A DNA stretch of 64,000 nt, taken from assembly GCF_963921235.1 (NCBI RefSeq), contig NC_086108.1, positions 41,046,001 to 41,110,000 on the forward strand. Direction: 5' to 3'. Position numbers and translations under genes: made by a program. Below are positions 63,081 through 64,000 of the stretch, in pieces. The notes beneath the pieces are model-generated. The model ran no database searches, was not told where the DNA came from, and worked only from the letters and a program-made list of their open reading frames with translations. Origin of the DNA: Mobula hypostoma (taxonomy: Eukaryota). Numbering within the stretch: the first letter of the stretch is position 1; every line of letters begins with the position of its first letter.

Positions 63081-64000
63081 CAATGTTCCCTCTAAGGTGA
63101 GTGCGCACATATCTTTTGCTATTAGTGCACAAAAAAGGTTGTCACCCTTTACCTTGTTGGCATGTTAAGTATATTTCATGAGCATAGACAATCACATTTC
63201 CTTTTCTGGGTTCTGATGCGGACGGTGTTGACAACATGGAGTTTGCGATGATTTGTTTGCAGATTTCAGAACTGGCTTACTGTTTCTTTATTGAAGAAAT
63301 TATTGGTTCACTTTGTCGAATTCCAAAGAAGCAAAGTGCATGAAGCACAAAAGAACTGCAGGTTTATTGAAAGCGGAATGGCTTAATGAGACAGTAGAAA
63401 CTGCTACACTGAAAGCTCATGAGGTCAGGAATGTGCATCTATGGAAAATATTTATGTACAATACAGAAAATGGAGTTACCTGCATGTATTGTCGCAATGC
63501 AAAAGCTGCTGGAAAACTTGCAAGTGGGAAGAAGTGGAGTGATATCTAGAAACTTGACTTTTTAAAGTGCAGTTTTGCAAATGAATCACATAAGGACGAT
63601 GTGCAAAAACTCCGGCGAGAAAATCCTTCGTTACCCGCTACAGACCTGCTATATAGGTTTTGAGAGATTGCAGATGAATGAGAGCAAAAATAATCAAGCC
63701 CAGAAGAGATCTAACTCCATTTGGCCAGTTCCATGTTCCAGACTGAAGCAGATTCAAAACTGAAAAGTTGAGAGTTAATATATTGAAATATCATTAATCT
63801 GATTTTAAAATAAAAAGCCAAGAAGTCAGACTAAGATGAACCTGAAAACTTCACGTCTGAAATAATTAACACTTCATACATCCACATTATTTGGAAAATT
63901 TGAAATTTAGTTGCAAGTTAACCAGGCTTTATAACCAAGTCATTACAGAAAAGAATTGATGAAGCCTAGGCTTATTGAGGAAAGAAAAGAAAATGCTATA
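63081..64000 (+). mobile_element. hAT transposon left end with disrupted transposase N-terminus
   Basis: Terminus caatgttccctctaa; ORF 63313-63549 FMYNTENGVTCMYC...SGKKW (zinc-finger-like), then a stop and KLDFLK...ESH; right end not seen. Confidence 0.7.

Overview
Eukaryotic, repeat-dense DNA, probably intronic or intergenic. I recognised no host gene, rRNA, functional tRNA or CRISPR array. Well over half the window is transposable-element sequence: CR1 LINEs (three near-full-length copies with zinc-finger/SGNH-esterase ORF1, and one young 5'-truncated copy with an open 644-aa RT ORF), Rex1/Babar fragments, Penelope-like elements (PLEs), L1, RTE and L2 relics, tRNA-derived SINEs (HE1/V-SINE-like and Deu-domain), two solo LTRs, hAT and mariner MITEs, and a hAT transposase relic. 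This repertoire suggests a cartilaginous fish, probably a ray (inference). Notable signals: (i) minimal hammerhead-ribozyme motifs in the PLE terminal repeats, including ~220-bp palindromic mini-PLEs with 14-15-bp TSDs; (ii) five mostly non-coding 0.6-0.9 kb elements with an AAGATGGC-like head and Rex/Babar-like tail, apparently internally deleted LINE derivatives; (iii) 91-bp TATA-bearing monomers in a CR1 5'UTR; (iv) many nested or rearranged insertions. Family names come from recognising motifs by eye, with no database search. Boundaries without a stated TSD are approximate.
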